This document shows positions 23,703 to 24,000 of a DNA stretch of 24,000 bases, one piece after another. The stretch covers positions 5,273-29,272 of the forward strand of contig JAGBIL010000022.1 in NCBI GenBank assembly GCA_017935025.1. Reading direction: 5' to 3'. The stretch's first letter is position 1, and each line of letters opens with the position of its first letter. Below the pieces are notes generated by a model. That model was not told where the DNA came from. It saw only the letters and a list, made by a program, of their open reading frames with translations, and ran no database searches. A program made the translations under genes and the position numbers. This DNA comes from Opitutales bacterium. Lineage in GTDB: Bacteria; Verrucomicrobiota; Verrucomicrobiia; Opitutales; UBA953.

Positions 23703-23725
23703 CGCAAATTGAAATTTAGCGAAGC
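23703..23725 (-). promoter_or_regulatory. Copy of the element (minus orientation), 33 nt upstream of the nuclease ATG
   Basis: cgcaaattgaaatttagcgaagc is the perfect 23-nt reverse complement of 23811-23833. Confidence 0.35.
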
Positions 23726-23810
23726 ATAATGTGAGGAATGGGAAGAAAGAGAAGAATGTGTGTTTTCCCGTTTCTCTCATTCATCTCATTATTCTCATTA
23801 TTCATCTGAC

Positions 23811-23833
23811 GCTTCGCTAAATTTCAATTTGCG
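23811..23833 (+). promoter_or_regulatory. Copy of the element (plus orientation), 64 nt upstream of the next plus-strand gene
   Basis: gcttcgctaaatttcaatttgcg faces the 23898 gene, while its inverted partner faces the divergent nuclease gene. Confidence 0.35.
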
Positions 23834-23897
23834 GGAGCGGGAGGCGAGCGGTATGCTTTGTTGAAGTTTTAACTGACAAAATTTTTTTTGTAAATTT

Positions 23898-24000
23898 ATG
23901 GAAAAAAGAACGCTTATCATCGGTGCGGGCGGGGTCGGCAACGTCGTCGCTCACAAAGTAGCTCAAAATGCGGCGGAGTTCGGCGAAATCATGCTCGCTT
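23898..24000 (+). CDS. Saccharopine dehydrogenase / carboxynorspermidine dehydrogenase-family protein (5' fragment, runs off the window)
   Basis: MEKRTLIIGAGGVGNVVAHKVAQNAAEFGEIMLA is a Rossmann GxGxxG N-terminus typical of this family. Only 34 codons are visible. Confidence 0.5.
   Translation, partial: MEKRTLIIGAGGVGNVVAHKVAQNAAEFGEIMLA

Noticed and set aside
1-24000. GGGAAC motif interpreted as ECF sigma -35 boxes (GGAAC).
   Set aside because: Most copies lie inside coding regions, in both orientations and all frames, with no consistent -10 partner. This is incompatible with promoter function for the bulk of copies.
1-24000. Search for tRNA/rRNA genes, CRISPR arrays, and integrase or transposase genes.
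   Set aside because: No T-loop-like GGTTCGAATCC-type sequences, no regularly spaced direct repeats, and no recombinase-like ORFs were seen on either strand.

Overview
The window is bacterial chromosome of about 55-60% GC. I cannot assign a taxon from sequence alone. Two housekeeping blocks flank an AT-richer insertion of about 10 kb. Left block (1-10.9 kb): HAD phosphatase, IMPase-family gene, tpiA, pgk, an ECF sigma/anti-sigma pair with two secreted proteins, a YihY/BrkB membrane protein, panE, folP and a frameshifted four-helix-bundle gene. Right block (21.3-24 kb): pyrF, a Dus-family tRNA-dihydrouridine synthase, a bifunctional nuclease, and the start of a saccharopine-dehydrogenase-family gene. 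The insertion (11253-20945) carries ten tightly packed same-strand genes: a 725-aa Sel1/TPR protein with a poly-acidic tract and C-terminal zinc ribbon; a stand-alone FtsK/SpoIIIE motor-domain ATPase; a membrane-anchored LRAT-like papain-fold enzyme; an M48 metallopeptidase with zinc ribbon; a zinc-ribbon membrane protein; a small helical protein sharing the N-terminal module of the 725-aa protein; a tail-anchored helical protein; a bacterial dynamin-like GTPase; a DUF697/YcjF-like membrane protein; and a 59-aa membrane peptide below the ORF-track cutoff. I do not recognise this combination as any named system. I flag it as a candidate undescribed membrane-associated conflict/defence (or membrane-remodelling) system; its function is inference only. 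Independent of the genes, the 9-mer GCGGGAACG is massively over-represented (about 49 octamer cores by hand count against about 1 expected). It occurs in all reading frames on both strands and as inverted pairs forming intergenic hairpins and terminators. A 19-23 nt element (CGCTAAAYTTCAATTTGCG) occurs four times, twice exactly 33 nt upstream of start codons. No tRNA, rRNA, CRISPR array, integrase or transposase was seen.
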